Shown: piece after piece, positions 26,371 through 35,150 of the stretch
Layout: each line of letters starts with the position of its first letter
Numbering within the stretch: the stretch's first letter is position 1
From: a bacterium
Lineage (GTDB): Bacteria; Ratteibacteria; UBA8468; B48-G9; DTJG01
Reading direction: 5' to 3'
Assembly (NCBI GenBank): GCA_021800535.1
Contig: JAJYYV010000004.1
Coordinates: forward strand, 16,007-80,006
Length of the DNA stretch: 64,000 nt
The notes under the pieces: generated by a model
What the model was told of the DNA's origin: nothing
Databases searched by the model: none
What the model saw: the letters and a program-made list of their open reading frames with translations, nothing else
Translations under genes and position numbers: made by a program

Positions 26371-27435
26371 ATCATTAAGAAAAAATTTCCCTGGCAATTT
26401 AAAATAGCAAAGATTTATGGAATAGATATTTATCTGCACCTTACTTTTATTCTTTTTATTTTATTCCTTATCTTTTTAGGAATAGACCAGTATGGGGTTT
26501 CCAAAGGAATTCAAAGTGTCATTTTTATACTTGCTATTTTTCTTACAGTAATTATCCATGAACTTTCACATAGTATTGTAGGAATAAAATTAGGCGGAAA
26601 GGTTAAAAATATTCTTTTGCTTCCTATAGGCGGGGTTTCTCAAATGGAGAAAATTCCTGAAACCCCTTTATCAGAATTAAAAATGACAGTTGCCGGACCG
26701 GCAACAAATTTTGTTATAGCCGGACTGGTATATCTTTTTACACATCCTGGATTTGGAAAAAATTTTTCCACTTCTTTTTCCCGTGATTTTATAGAGATTA
26801 ATCTTTTATTGGGGGCTTTTAACCTGCTGCCGGCTTTTCCAATGGATGGTGGAAGGATATTAAGGTCAATAATAGCAATTAAAAAAAATTATTATTATGG
26901 AACCAAAATTGCCATTTTAGTTGGTAAAATATTTTCTATCTTAATGATTTTTGGCGGATTATTTTTTAATCCATGGATTTCATTTATTGGTCTTTTTGTA
27001 TTTTTTGGTGCGAATGCAGAGGAAAAAGTTTTTCTAATGCATAATTTTCTTAAAGATGTTAAAGCACAGGATATTATGAGAAGTAATTTTTGTATTGTAG
27101 GTTCTGAAGAGACTTTGAATAATGTTATAGATAATTGCTTTAAACAGGGTGGTAGCATTGCTATATATAACATAGAAAATCAGATTTTTTACCTGACAAA
27201 AAATATGGCAATAAATTTAAATAAAAAATCTTTTTCTCAGGAATATGTAAAAAATCTTGGCAAACAGTCCACACTTATTATTCCTTTGGACTATCCTGCA
27301 GAAAATGTTGCTAATATTATTTTTTCCAGAAAATCTGAAGTGGCAATTGTTATAGATGAAGGACAAATAAAAGGTGTTATTCTTCAGGAAGCAATATCTG
27401 ACTATATTTCTTTTAAGGAATCTATGATGAGATAA
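26371..27435 (+). CDS. site-2 protease (M50 family) with CBS domain pair; no canonical start codon
   Basis: HELSH at 26557 and NLLPAFPMDGGR. C-terminal CBS pair. Only ATC/ATT codons in frame between the upstream stop (26344) and HELSH. AAGGAG SD at 26358. Confidence 0.7.
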   Translation: MIKKKFPWQFKIAKIYGIDIYLHLTFILFILFLIFLGIDQYGVSKGIQSVIFILAIFLTVIIHELSHSIVGIKLGGKVKNILLLPIGGVSQMEKIPETPLSELKMTVAGPATNFVIAGLVYLFTHPGFGKNFSTSFSRDFIEINLLLGAFNLLPAFPMDGGRILRSIIAIKKNYYYGTKIAILVGKIFSILMIFGGLFFNPWISFIGLFVFFGANAEEKVFLMHNFLKDVKAQDIMRSNFCIVGSEETLNNVIDNCFKQGGSIAIYNIENQIFYLTKNMAINLNKKSFSQEYVKNLGKQSTLIIPLDYPAENVANIIFSRKSEVAIVIDEGQIKGVILQEAISDYISFKESMMR

Positions 27436-27491
27436 TAATTATATGATAAAATGTAATAAAAAAAGCTCATAATAGGAGGAATAGGAAAGAT

Positions 27492-30062
27492 ATGAATTTT
27501 GAAAAATTTACAGCTAAAAGTCAGCAAGCCATTGTTTCTGCACAAAATCTTGCAATGGAACGACATCATCAGCAGATAGATGTTGTCCATTTAATGCTGG
27601 GAATGCTTTCAACAGATTTTATTCAGGATTTTTTAAAATCTCTTAATGTGAATATTAAAATTTTAGAAAAAACCCTTACAGAACAGATTGATAAAATTCC
27701 ACAGGTTTCTACTGTTGGAGAACAATTATATATTACTCCTACATTAAACCATGTATTTATTCAGGCAGAAAAAGAGGCAAAAAATCTTAAGGATGAATAT
27801 ATCAGTCTTGAGCATCTTTTACTTGCTTTATGTGAAGTTGAAAGTCCTGTTAAGAAAATCCTTAGGGATGTAGATGTATTTAAAGAAAGAGTCCTTAAAA
27901 ATGTAGAACAGATACGGCAGGGGGAACATGTGACTGAAAACAATGCAGAAGAAAAATATGGTGCCCTTGAAAAATATACACGAAATCTGACTGAGTTGGC
28001 AGCAAAAGGTAAGGTGGACCCGGTTATTGGAAGAGATGAGGAAATTAGAAGAGTTATACAGGTTCTTTCCCGTAGAACCAAGAACAATCCTGTATTAATT
28101 GGTGAAGCAGGTGTGGGAAAAACAGCGATTGTTGAAGGTCTTGCAAAAAGAATTGTAATTGGAGATGTTCCTGAAAGTTTAAAAAAGAAATCTGTATTAT
28201 CACTTGATTTGGGTTTGTTAATTGCCGGTGCAAAATTCAGGGGGGAATTTGAAGAAAGATTAAAATCAATTTTAAAAGAAATTGAAAAAAGAGAAGGGGA
28301 GATAATAATATTTATAGATGAAATCCACACTCTTGTTGGAGCAGGAGCTGCTGAAGGGGCTATAGATGCTTCAAATATGCTTAAACCTGCTCTTGCCAGG
28401 GGAACATTACAATGTATTGGAGCAACAACATTAGATGAGTATAGAAAATACATAGAAAAAGATAGAGCTCTTGAAAGAAGATTTCAGCCTGTGTATGTTG
28501 GAGAACCTTCTGTGGAAGAAACGATTTCAATATTAAGAGGACTAAAAGAAAGATACGAGATACATCATGGTGTAAAGATTACAGATAGTGCTCTTATTTC
28601 TGCGGCTGTTCTTTCCAGCAGATATATTACAGACAGACATCTTCCTGATAAAGCTATTGACCTTATAGATGAGGCTGCCAGTAAATTGCGTATGGAAATG
28701 GAAAGTAAACCCCAGCCTATTGATGAACTTGAAAGAAAAATCATGCAGTTAAATATTGAAAAACAGGCTCTTAAAAAAGAAGATACCAAAGAATCCAAAG
28801 AAAGACTTAAAAAAATAGAAAATGAACTTGTTCATCTTACCAAAGAAAAAAATACTCTTGAGCTACAATGGAACGAAGAGAAAAAAATTATTGAAAAAAT
28901 AAAAAAAATAAAACAGAACATTGAATCAGCAAAACATATTATTGAAGAGTCTGAAAGAAAAGGGGACCTTGATAAAGCGGCAGAATATAAATATGGTAAA
29001 TTAATTGAACTTCAAAAACAGTTAGACAAAGAAAGTAAAGAATTAAACAATAAAGACAAAGCCGGGAAATTTCTTAAAGAAGAGGTGGACCAGGAAGACA
29101 TTGCTGCTATTGTTTCCAAATGGACAGGAATTCCTGTTGCCAAAATGCTTGAAGGAGAAATAGAAAAACTGATTTCTCTTGAGGATAATCTTTCTAAAAG
29201 AGTTATAGGACAGTCTACAGCTATATCTATTATTTCAAATGCTATAAGAAGAAACAGGGCGGGTCTTTCAGATTTTAAAAAGCCTATAGGTTCTTTTATT
29301 TTTATGGGCCCTACTGGGGTAGGAAAAACAGAACTTGCAAAAGCATTAGCAGAATTTTTATTTAATGATGAAAACGCTATAGTTAGGATAGATATGAGCG
29401 AATACATGGAAAAATTTTCTGTTTCCCGGCTTATAGGGGCTCCCCCTGGTTATGTAGGATATGAAGAAGGAGGGCAATTAACAGAAAAGATTAGAAGAAG
29501 ACCTTATAGTATAGTGCTTCTGGATGAAATTGAAAAGGCTCATCCAGAGGTATTTAATGTGTTATTGCAGTTACTTGATGATGGAAGATTAACAGATGGA
29601 CAGGGTAGAACAGTAGATTTTAGAAATACTATAATAATAATGACTTCCAACCTTGGCAGTCAATACTTCCAGCTTTTTAAAGATTTTTCTGATATTTCAA
29701 AGAAGATAGATGATTTATTAAAAACAAAGTTTAGACCTGAATTTTTAAATAGGATAGATGAGATTATTATATTTAATCAGTTAACCGAGGAAGACTTAAT
29801 TAAAATAGTGGATATACAGATTTCTTATTTAAAACAACGGCTCGCTTTGAAAAATATAAATATTAACCTGACTGATTCAGCGAAGAAATATTTAGCAAAA
29901 AAAGGCTATGATGTTAATTATGGGGCAAGACCATTAAAAAGACTTATTCAGAGAGAAATAGAAAATGTTTTAGCAATGAAAATACTTAGTGGAGAATTTA
30001 AAGAAGGGAATACTATAACTATTGATGAAAAAGATAAAGAGATAATTTTTATCAAAAAATAG
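27492..30062 (+). CDS. clpB: ATP-dependent chaperone ClpB
   Basis: Clp_N, two AAA+ modules ([16 protein letters not shown]), long middle coiled coil. 856 aa. Confidence 0.95.
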   Translation: MNFEKFTAKSQQAIVSAQNLAMERHHQQIDVVHLMLGMLSTDFIQDFLKSLNVNIKILEKTLTEQIDKIPQVSTVGEQLYITPTLNHVFIQAEKEAKNLKDEYISLEHLLLALCEVESPVKKILRDVDVFKERVLKNVEQIRQGEHVTENNAEEKYGALEKYTRNLTELAAKGKVDPVIGRDEEIRRVIQVLSRRTKNNPVLIGEAGVGKTAIVEGLAKRIVIGDVPESLKKKSVLSLDLGLLIAGAKFRGEFEERLKSILKEIEKREGEIIIFIDEIHTLVGAGAAEGAIDASNMLKPALARGTLQCIGATTLDEYRKYIEKDRALERRFQPVYVGEPSVEETISILRGLKERYEIHHGVKITDSALISAAVLSSRYITDRHLPDKAIDLIDEAASKLRMEMESKPQPIDELERKIMQLNIEKQALKKEDTKESKERLKKIENELVHLTKEKNTLELQWNEEKKIIEKIKKIKQNIESAKHIIEESERKGDLDKAAEYKYGKLIELQKQLDKESKELNNKDKAGKFLKEEVDQEDIAAIVSKWTGIPVAKMLEGEIEKLISLEDNLSKRVIGQSTAISIISNAIRRNRAGLSDFKKPIGSFIFMGPTGVGKTELAKALAEFLFNDENAIVRIDMSEYMEKFSVSRLIGAPPGYVGYEEGGQLTEKIRRRPYSIVLLDEIEKAHPEVFNVLLQLLDDGRLTDGQGRTVDFRNTIIIMTSNLGSQYFQLFKDFSDISKKIDDLLKTKFRPEFLNRIDEIIIFNQLTEEDLIKIVDIQISYLKQRLALKNININLTDSAKKYLAKKGYDVNYGARPLKRLIQREIENVLAMKILSGEFKEGNTITIDEKDKEIIFIKK

Positions 30063-30069
30063 AGATGTG

Positions 30070-31362
30070 TTATTTTTGTTTTTCCCACTTTAAAATTTCT
30101 GTAATCTGGCTTAATGTTCCGCCTTTGTCTATTTCTTTTCTAAGTCTGTTTTCTTTTTCCAAAACATCCATTGCTCTATTTGCAATTTCAATTACATTAT
30201 CTTTAGGAATACAAACTATTCCATTGTCATCTCCAATAATCCAATCACCAGGAGAAATAGAAATTCCGGAAATAACAATAGTAATGTTAATCTCCCCAAA
30301 ACCTTTAGGTTCTCCTGCTTGAGGGCATATTATACTTGAAAAAGATGGAAATTTAATTTTTTTTATTTCTTCCACATCCCTTATTGCCCCATTTATAACA
30401 ACCCCTGAAATTTTTTTTATAACCGCACTATGGGTGGCAAGTTCCCCCCATACAGCAGGGGCTACTCCGCCGGCATCAATTACTATAATACTTCCTTCTG
30501 TTGCTATATCAACAGCTTCTACAGGTTTTGCCCAGTCTCCAGGATAGGTTCTTACAGTTACAGCAGGCCCAAACAATTTCATAATTGGTATTATAGGCAT
30601 TATTCCTTTTATCCATCCTTTTCTGTGCATTGCGTCAGATATATTGGATGTAGAGACTTTTTTAAAAATTTTATGAATATTTTCCAGGGAATCTACTCTT
30701 TTATACAATTCTGTGGGTATCTTAATTCTTTTGGAAACAGCCTCTTTTATTTTTTTTGTAGATGATATAGCATTTTCTGATTTGGTTATTGCCCCGCCAA
30801 TAATAAGAATTTTTGCGCCAGCTTGTATAGCATCAACAATATTTTCTGAATTTAATCCTCCGGCAACAGCAAGAGGTATGTCAATATTTTCAGTAATCTC
30901 TTTAATTTTTTCAAAATTTGTTTTTCCTGTCATCTGCTGGTCTATGGGAATATGTGTTCCAATATAATCAGGTTTTAAATCTGCCACCTGTTTTGCTCTT
31001 GTTAGATTATAGGCAGATTCCATTAAATCAACCATTATTTTTATCCCATAATTTTTTCCTGCTTCAATAGATTCTTTAATTGTTTCATCAGAAGCATTAC
31101 CCATTACAACAACAATATCAGCTCCGCTTTTGGCTGCGATTTCAACTTCTGTTCGTCCTGCATCCATAATTTTCATGTCTGCTACGATGGTTTTATCAGG
31201 AAATAATTTTTTTAATTGTCGGACAGATTCCAGACCACATGATTTTATTAAAGGGGTTCCTGCTTCAATCCAGTCTATACCACCTTCAACAGCTTCTTTT
31301 GCAACATTTATTGCTCTATGTAAATCAATAAAATCAAGTGCTACCTGCAATATAGGTTCCAT
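30070..31362 (-). CDS. 3-hexulose-6-phosphate synthase (HPS) fused to an RraA/MenG-like (class II aldolase-like) domain
   Basis: N-terminal half OMPDC/HPS-like (LQVALDF...GTPLIK...VADMKIMDAG). C-terminal half RraA family (GDW...IDAGG...GELATH...RDVEE...GDW). Confidence 0.75.
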   Translation of the reverse strand: MEPILQVALDFIDLHRAINVAKEAVEGGIDWIEAGTPLIKSCGLESVRQLKKLFPDKTIVADMKIMDAGRTEVEIAAKSGADIVVVMGNASDETIKESIEAGKNYGIKIMVDLMESAYNLTRAKQVADLKPDYIGTHIPIDQQMTGKTNFEKIKEITENIDIPLAVAGGLNSENIVDAIQAGAKILIIGGAITKSENAISSTKKIKEAVSKRIKIPTELYKRVDSLENIHKIFKKVSTSNISDAMHRKGWIKGIMPIIPIMKLFGPAVTVRTYPGDWAKPVEAVDIATEGSIIVIDAGGVAPAVWGELATHSAVIKKISGVVINGAIRDVEEIKKIKFPSFSSIICPQAGEPKGFGEINITIVISGISISPGDWIIGDDNGIVCIPKDNVIEIANRAMDVLEKENRLRKEIDKGGTLSQITEILKWEKQK

Positions 31363-31467
31363 TTGACTTTTCCTTATTTTTAAATTATAATAAAATATCT
31401 TTTTTTAGTATATTTTATCATATTATTGAAAACTTTATACATTTAAAAAGGAGCAATAAAAGGAGCA

Positions 31468-32652
31468 ATGAAAATGCCACAAAGACTAACCAAAACTGCA
31501 AATGAAGTATTTGCAGAGGCAATGAGACAGATAAATCCCGATGTTGTTGCAGCATATCCAATAACTCCGGCAACAGAAGTAGTCCAGATTTTTTCTCAGT
31601 TTGTAGCAGATGGAAAAGTAAAAACAGAATTTGTAGCAGTTGAAAGTGAGCATAGTGCAATGAGTGCCTGTATTGGGGCATCTGCCTGTGGTGTTAGAAC
31701 ATTAACAGGAACATCTTCCCAGGGGCTTGCATATATGTGGGAGATGCTCTATATTGCTTCAGGATTAAGACTGCCTATTGTAATGGCTGTAGTTAATAGG
31801 GCTCTTTCTTCTCCAATTAATATTCATTGTGATCATTCTGATACAATGGGAGCAAGAGACTGCGGATGGATACAAATATTTTCTGAAAATGTTCAGGAGT
31901 CTTATGATAATTTTTTACAGGCAGTAAGAATAGCAGAACATCAGGATGTCAGACTCCCTGTAATGGTGACAACAGATGGTTTTATTTTAAGTCATTGTCT
32001 TGAGGTGGTTGAAGTTTTGGAAGATGAAACAGTGAGAAAATTTATAGGGGAAAATCCTGAAAGAAAAAGTATTCTTGATGTTGAAAATCCCTTTACACTT
32101 GGTGCTCTTGACCTACAGGATTATTATTTTGAACATAAACGACAGCAGGCTGAAGGGATGAAAAACAGTTTAAATTTAATACCTTTAATAGGTAAAGAAT
32201 TTGGAGATAAATTTGGCAGATATTATGATTTTGCAGAATCATATAAACTTGATGATGCAGAAATTGCTATTGTTATTATGGGTTCAACTGCAGGGACAGC
32301 AAAAGATGTGGTGGATCAATTAAGAGATGAAGGGAAAAAAGTTGGTCTTTTAAAATTAAGAGTTTTCAGGCCTTTTCCTGCAAATGTTATACAAAAAGCA
32401 TTAGAAAATATAAAAGTTGTTGGTATAATGGACAGAGCAGATAGTGTAAATGCAATATCTGGACCTCTTTATCCAGAGATATGCACCAGTCTTTATGATT
32501 CTGACAAAAAACCATTACTTGTAGATTATATTTATGGACTTGGTGGAAGAGAAGTTAGAGAAGAAGATATACAACTTGTTTTTTCAGAATTGTTTAATAT
32601 TCTAAAAACAGGTAAAACATATAATCTTAAATATATTGGTGTACGAGAATAA
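31468..32652 (+). CDS. 2-oxoacid:ferredoxin oxidoreductase alpha subunit
   Basis: NEVFAEAMRQINPDVVAAYPITPATEVV and transketolase-like domains. Confidence 0.85.
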   Translation: MKMPQRLTKTANEVFAEAMRQINPDVVAAYPITPATEVVQIFSQFVADGKVKTEFVAVESEHSAMSACIGASACGVRTLTGTSSQGLAYMWEMLYIASGLRLPIVMAVVNRALSSPINIHCDHSDTMGARDCGWIQIFSENVQESYDNFLQAVRIAEHQDVRLPVMVTTDGFILSHCLEVVEVLEDETVRKFIGENPERKSILDVENPFTLGALDLQDYYFEHKRQQAEGMKNSLNLIPLIGKEFGDKFGRYYDFAESYKLDDAEIAIVIMGSTAGTAKDVVDQLRDEGKKVGLLKLRVFRPFPANVIQKALENIKVVGIMDRADSVNAISGPLYPEICTSLYDSDKKPLLVDYIYGLGGREVREEDIQLVFSELFNILKTGKTYNLKYIGVRE

Positions 32653-32670
32653 AATAAGGAGATTTTAAAA

Positions 32671-33588
32671 ATGCCTACATTAAAAGATCTTTCAAAAAGA
32701 GAAGAAAGATTTGTAAGTGGACACAGGCTATGTCCTGGTTGTGGGGCCGCAATTGTTGTAAAACTTGTATTATCCGCTATTGAAAAGCCTGTTGTTGTTG
32801 GTTGTGCTACTGGTTGTTTAGAAGTGGCTTCCACCATATTTCCATTTTCAAGCTGGACATCTCCATTTATTCATTCTGCATTTGAAAATGTTGCTGCTAC
32901 AATGAGTGGGGTGGAACCTGCTTATCGGTCATTAAAAAAACAAGGAAAGATGGATAAAGATATAGTATTTGTTGCTTTTGGAGGTGATGGAGGAACTTAT
33001 GATATAGGATTACAATCCCTTTCCGGAGCTGCTGAAAGAGGCCATAAAATTATTTATATCTGTTATAACAATCAGGCTTATATGAATACAGGTATTCAGC
33101 GTTCCGGAGCTACACCAAAAGGAGCTTCCACATCAACAAGTCCTGCCGGTAAAGTAATACCGGGAAAAGTTCAATTTCAAAAAGACTTAACAGAAATAAT
33201 GGTTGCTCATGAGGTTCCATATGTTGCCACTTCTATTATTGGTAGATGGAATGACCTTGTGTCAAAAGTTGAGAAAGCATCAAAAACTGATGGATTTTCT
33301 TTTATTAATGTTTTATCTCCATGTAGACTCGGTTGGCCGCATGACCCGGTTTTAACTCTTGAAATTACAAGGGTTGCAGCTGATACATGTGTTTGGCCTG
33401 TCTATGAAGTAGTCAATGGTAAGTATAAAATTACATATAAACCAAAAGAGAAAAAACCTATAACAGAATGGTTAAAGATGCAAGGAAGATTTGCCCATTT
33501 ATTAAAACCGGAAAATGAGTCTTTATTAAAATCTATCCAGGATGAAGTGGATAGAAAATGGGAGATTTTATTAAAAAAGTCTGAATAA
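32671..33588 (+). CDS. 2-oxoacid:ferredoxin oxidoreductase beta subunit (TPP-binding)
   Basis: LCPGCGA... and GGDGGTYDIG TPP motif. Confidence 0.85.
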   Translation: MPTLKDLSKREERFVSGHRLCPGCGAAIVVKLVLSAIEKPVVVGCATGCLEVASTIFPFSSWTSPFIHSAFENVAATMSGVEPAYRSLKKQGKMDKDIVFVAFGGDGGTYDIGLQSLSGAAERGHKIIYICYNNQAYMNTGIQRSGATPKGASTSTSPAGKVIPGKVQFQKDLTEIMVAHEVPYVATSIIGRWNDLVSKVEKASKTDGFSFINVLSPCRLGWPHDPVLTLEITRVAADTCVWPVYEVVNGKYKITYKPKEKKPITEWLKMQGRFAHLLKPENESLLKSIQDEVDRKWEILLKKSE

Positions 33589-33603
33589 AAAAGCAAGGAG
33601 GAG

Positions 33604-33900
33604 ATGAAAGATATGCCTACTTATGAATATTTATGTTGTGATTGTGGGGAAAAGTTTGAAATATTTCAAAAAATTACAGATGAACCAATAAAAAAGTGTT
33701 CTAAATGTGGTGGTAAAGTTAAAAAATTAATCAGTTTAGGTGGTGGGGTAATATATAAGGGGTCTGGATTTTACACTACAGAATATAGAAGTGAGGAATA
33801 TAAAAGAAAAGCGAAAGAAGAAACCCCGGTTTCTTCTTCCACTGCGTGTAATGTGTGCAATAACAAAACCCCAAGCTGCCCTGTCAGCAAGCAGCAATAA
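33604..33900 (+). CDS. FmdB-family zinc-ribbon protein
   Basis: YEYLCCDCGEKFE...CSKCGG. Confidence 0.7.
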   Translation: MKDMPTYEYLCCDCGEKFEIFQKITDEPIKKCSKCGGKVKKLISLGGGVIYKGSGFYTTEYRSEEYKRKAKEETPVSSSTACNVCNNKTPSCPVSKQQ

Positions 33901-33918
33901 ACATGGATATAAAATAAT

Positions 33919-33980
33919 TCCGGCGTAGCTTCAGCCAAAGGCTGATCCGCCGTGGCGGACAATGAAGCGTGGAGCATCCG
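33919..33980 (+). pseudogene. tRNA-Asn 5'-half-like fragment with a 41-nt two-hairpin insertion replacing the D-loop
   Basis: TCCGGCGTAGCT[TCAGCCAAAGGCTGA TCCGCCGTGGCGGA ...]GGAGCATCCG, compared with intact TCCGGCGTAGCTCAATGGTAGAGCATCCGG. 20-nt identity (AAAATAATTCCGGCGTAGCT) with the start of the real tRNA. Confidence 0.4.
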
Positions 33981-34228
33981 TGAAGTATTATATATATGTA
34001 TTAAAAAGTACAGTTATTCAAAAGAGATATATTGGATATACATCAAAAGATCCTTGGAAACGATTAAAAGAACATAATCAGGGTGGTAATAAATGGACAA
34101 GAAGTGTTCGGCCTTTAGAATTAATTTATTATGAAACTTATGACACTTCTCAAGAAGCAAGAAAACGGGAAAAATTTCTCAAAACAGGTAGGGGCAGAGA
34201 GTTTCTTTCTAAAATAATTCCGGCGTAG
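33962..34228 (+). CDS. small GIY-YIG nuclease (YhbQ/UPF0213-like)
   Basis: KYYIYVLKS...YIGYTS...RLKEHN...RPLELIYYE...EARKREKFLK. Probable true start is GTG at 33980. The last codons are the 5' end of tRNA-Asn. Confidence 0.7.
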   Translation: MKRGASVKYYIYVLKSTVIQKRYIGYTSKDPWKRLKEHNQGGNKWTRSVRPLELIYYETYDTSQEARKREKFLKTGRGREFLSKIIPA

Positions 34229-34530
34229 CTCAATGGTAGAGCATCCGGCTGTACAATTGCAGCTTCCACAAGAAATTGTGGTTGAAAAATCAGGTGAATT
34301 CAGGGGAATCCATTTTTTTAATGGACAATCCTGAGCCAAGTTCTGAGTATATCTCAGAAAAGGTGCAGAGACTATCCCAGAAGGGAGTACTCTCCGTTTA
34401 TAACGGAGCGGAAGCGCCTGACACCTTATTTTCAAAACTTTGAAAAAAGGTGAAGATATAGTCCAAGCCTTAAAGTAATTTAGGGGCACTTGTAACCGGA
34501 GGGTTGTAGGTTCGAATCCTACCGCCGGAG
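34219..34530 (+). tRNA. tRNA-Asn (anticodon GUU) interrupted by a group I intron (exons 34219..34252 and 34493..34530)
   Basis: Acceptor TCCGGCG/CGCCGGA with discriminator G. D-arm GCTC-AATGGTA-GAGC. Anticodon stem TCCGG/CCGGA. Spliced loop CUGUUAA. T-arm GTAGG-TTCGAAT-CCTAC. Confidence 0.8.
34253..34492 (+). ncRNA. group I (IC3-like) self-splicing intron in the tRNA-Asn anticodon
   Basis: 5' exon ends in U. P1 pairs exon GGCUGU with IGS GCAGCU (34259..34264) and closes with U.G. P2 is CCACAA-GAAA-TTGTGG. GAGCCAAGTTCTG and AAGGTGCAGAGACTA closely match Azoarcus tRNA-Ile intron GAGCCAAGCUUCG / GAAGGUGUAGAGACUA. The intron ends in G. Confidence 0.8.
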
Positions 34531-34552
34531 CTATGAAGTTATACTTTGAAAG

Positions 34553-34653
34553 GTAGGATTCGAATAGAGCGAAGTAAGGGATTATGAGCGAGCGTAACAA
34601 TCCCAGCGAGTGGCCGACCCCAAGTGTAGTGAGAACGAGGGGCGCCGAATCCT
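34553..34653 (+). pseudogene. tRNA-Asn 3'-end duplicate (T-arm + acceptor) with a 79-nt insertion in the T-loop
   Basis: GTAGGATTCGAAT[...79 nt...]AATCCTACCGCCGGAG. The insertion is flanked by a CGAAT direct repeat. Confidence 0.5.
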
Positions 34654-34673
34654 ACCGCCGGAGTTTTAATCTC

Positions 34674-34695
34674 TAAATACTCAGTGAATATTTAC
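34674..34695. repeat. 22-bp palindrome TAAATACTCAGTGAATATTTAC, the fused version of the MITE-like terminal repeats
   Basis: Equals rc(right IR of 41658..41673) overlapping rc(left IR of 41494..41509) by 8 nt. Confidence 0.5.
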
Positions 34696-34698
34696 TAT

Positions 34699-35115
34699 TT
34701 ATTGAAGATTTGTTCCTGTACTGGACATACTTAAGGTTGAATGTTTTATACCCTTTAAGGATTTTAATGTATCTGTAAGTTTTATTATTAATTGAGGCAG
34801 ACCTTTAACTGCAACAATTTCTAAGCAATTATCATGGTCTAAATGAATATGTTGTGTTGATATAATTTCTTTTTGAAAATTATGTTGAATATCAAGGACT
34901 TTATTAACAACTTCTCTTTTATGATGATTATAAATAAGAGTTATTGCTCCTACAACCTCTTTATTTTCACTCCATTCTTTTTTTATCAGTTCCTGTCTTA
35001 TCATATCCCTTAATGCTTCGGAACGGTTGTTGTACTTTTTATTTTTTATAAGTTTATCAAATTCCTCAATAAGCTCTTTAGGTAAAGAAACCCCAAATCT
35101 AAATATTTTTGACAT
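34699..35115 (-). CDS. nikR: nickel-responsive regulator NikR (RHH + metal-binding ACT-like domain)
   Basis: N-terminal RHH (RFGVSLPKELIEEFDKLI...YNNRSEALRDMIR). C-terminal His/Cys cluster (HHKRE...H..HLDHDNC). Confidence 0.8.
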   Translation of the reverse strand: MSKIFRFGVSLPKELIEEFDKLIKNKKYNNRSEALRDMIRQELIKKEWSENKEVVGAITLIYNHHKREVVNKVLDIQHNFQKEIISTQHIHLDHDNCLEIVAVKGLPQLIIKLTDTLKSLKGIKHSTLSMSSTGTNLQ

Positions 35116-35150
35116 GTTTTATCTTCCTCTTTTCATATTATAATATATAT

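Noticed and set aside
27761-29407. Three minus-strand ORFs (27761..28453, 28565..28798, 29012..29407).
   Set aside because: They are antisense within clpB. The Ser/Ile-rich translations are typical of AT-rich antisense frames.
30065-31366. Four plus-strand ORFs (30065..30322, 30430..30765, 30713..30967, 31130..31366).
   Set aside because: They are antisense to the HPS/RraA-like fusion gene and have no motifs.
34121-34600. 159-aa minus-strand ORF in the track.
   Set aside because: It lies antisense across the tRNA-Asn exons and the group I intron. The RNA-gene explanation accounts for the sequence conservation far better.
34531-34660. The tRNA 3'-end duplicate was considered as the attR end of a large integrated island.
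   Set aside because: The duplicate lies only 22 nt from the intact tRNA and carries an internal insertion. No integrase is nearby. It is reported as a local fragment or scar instead.
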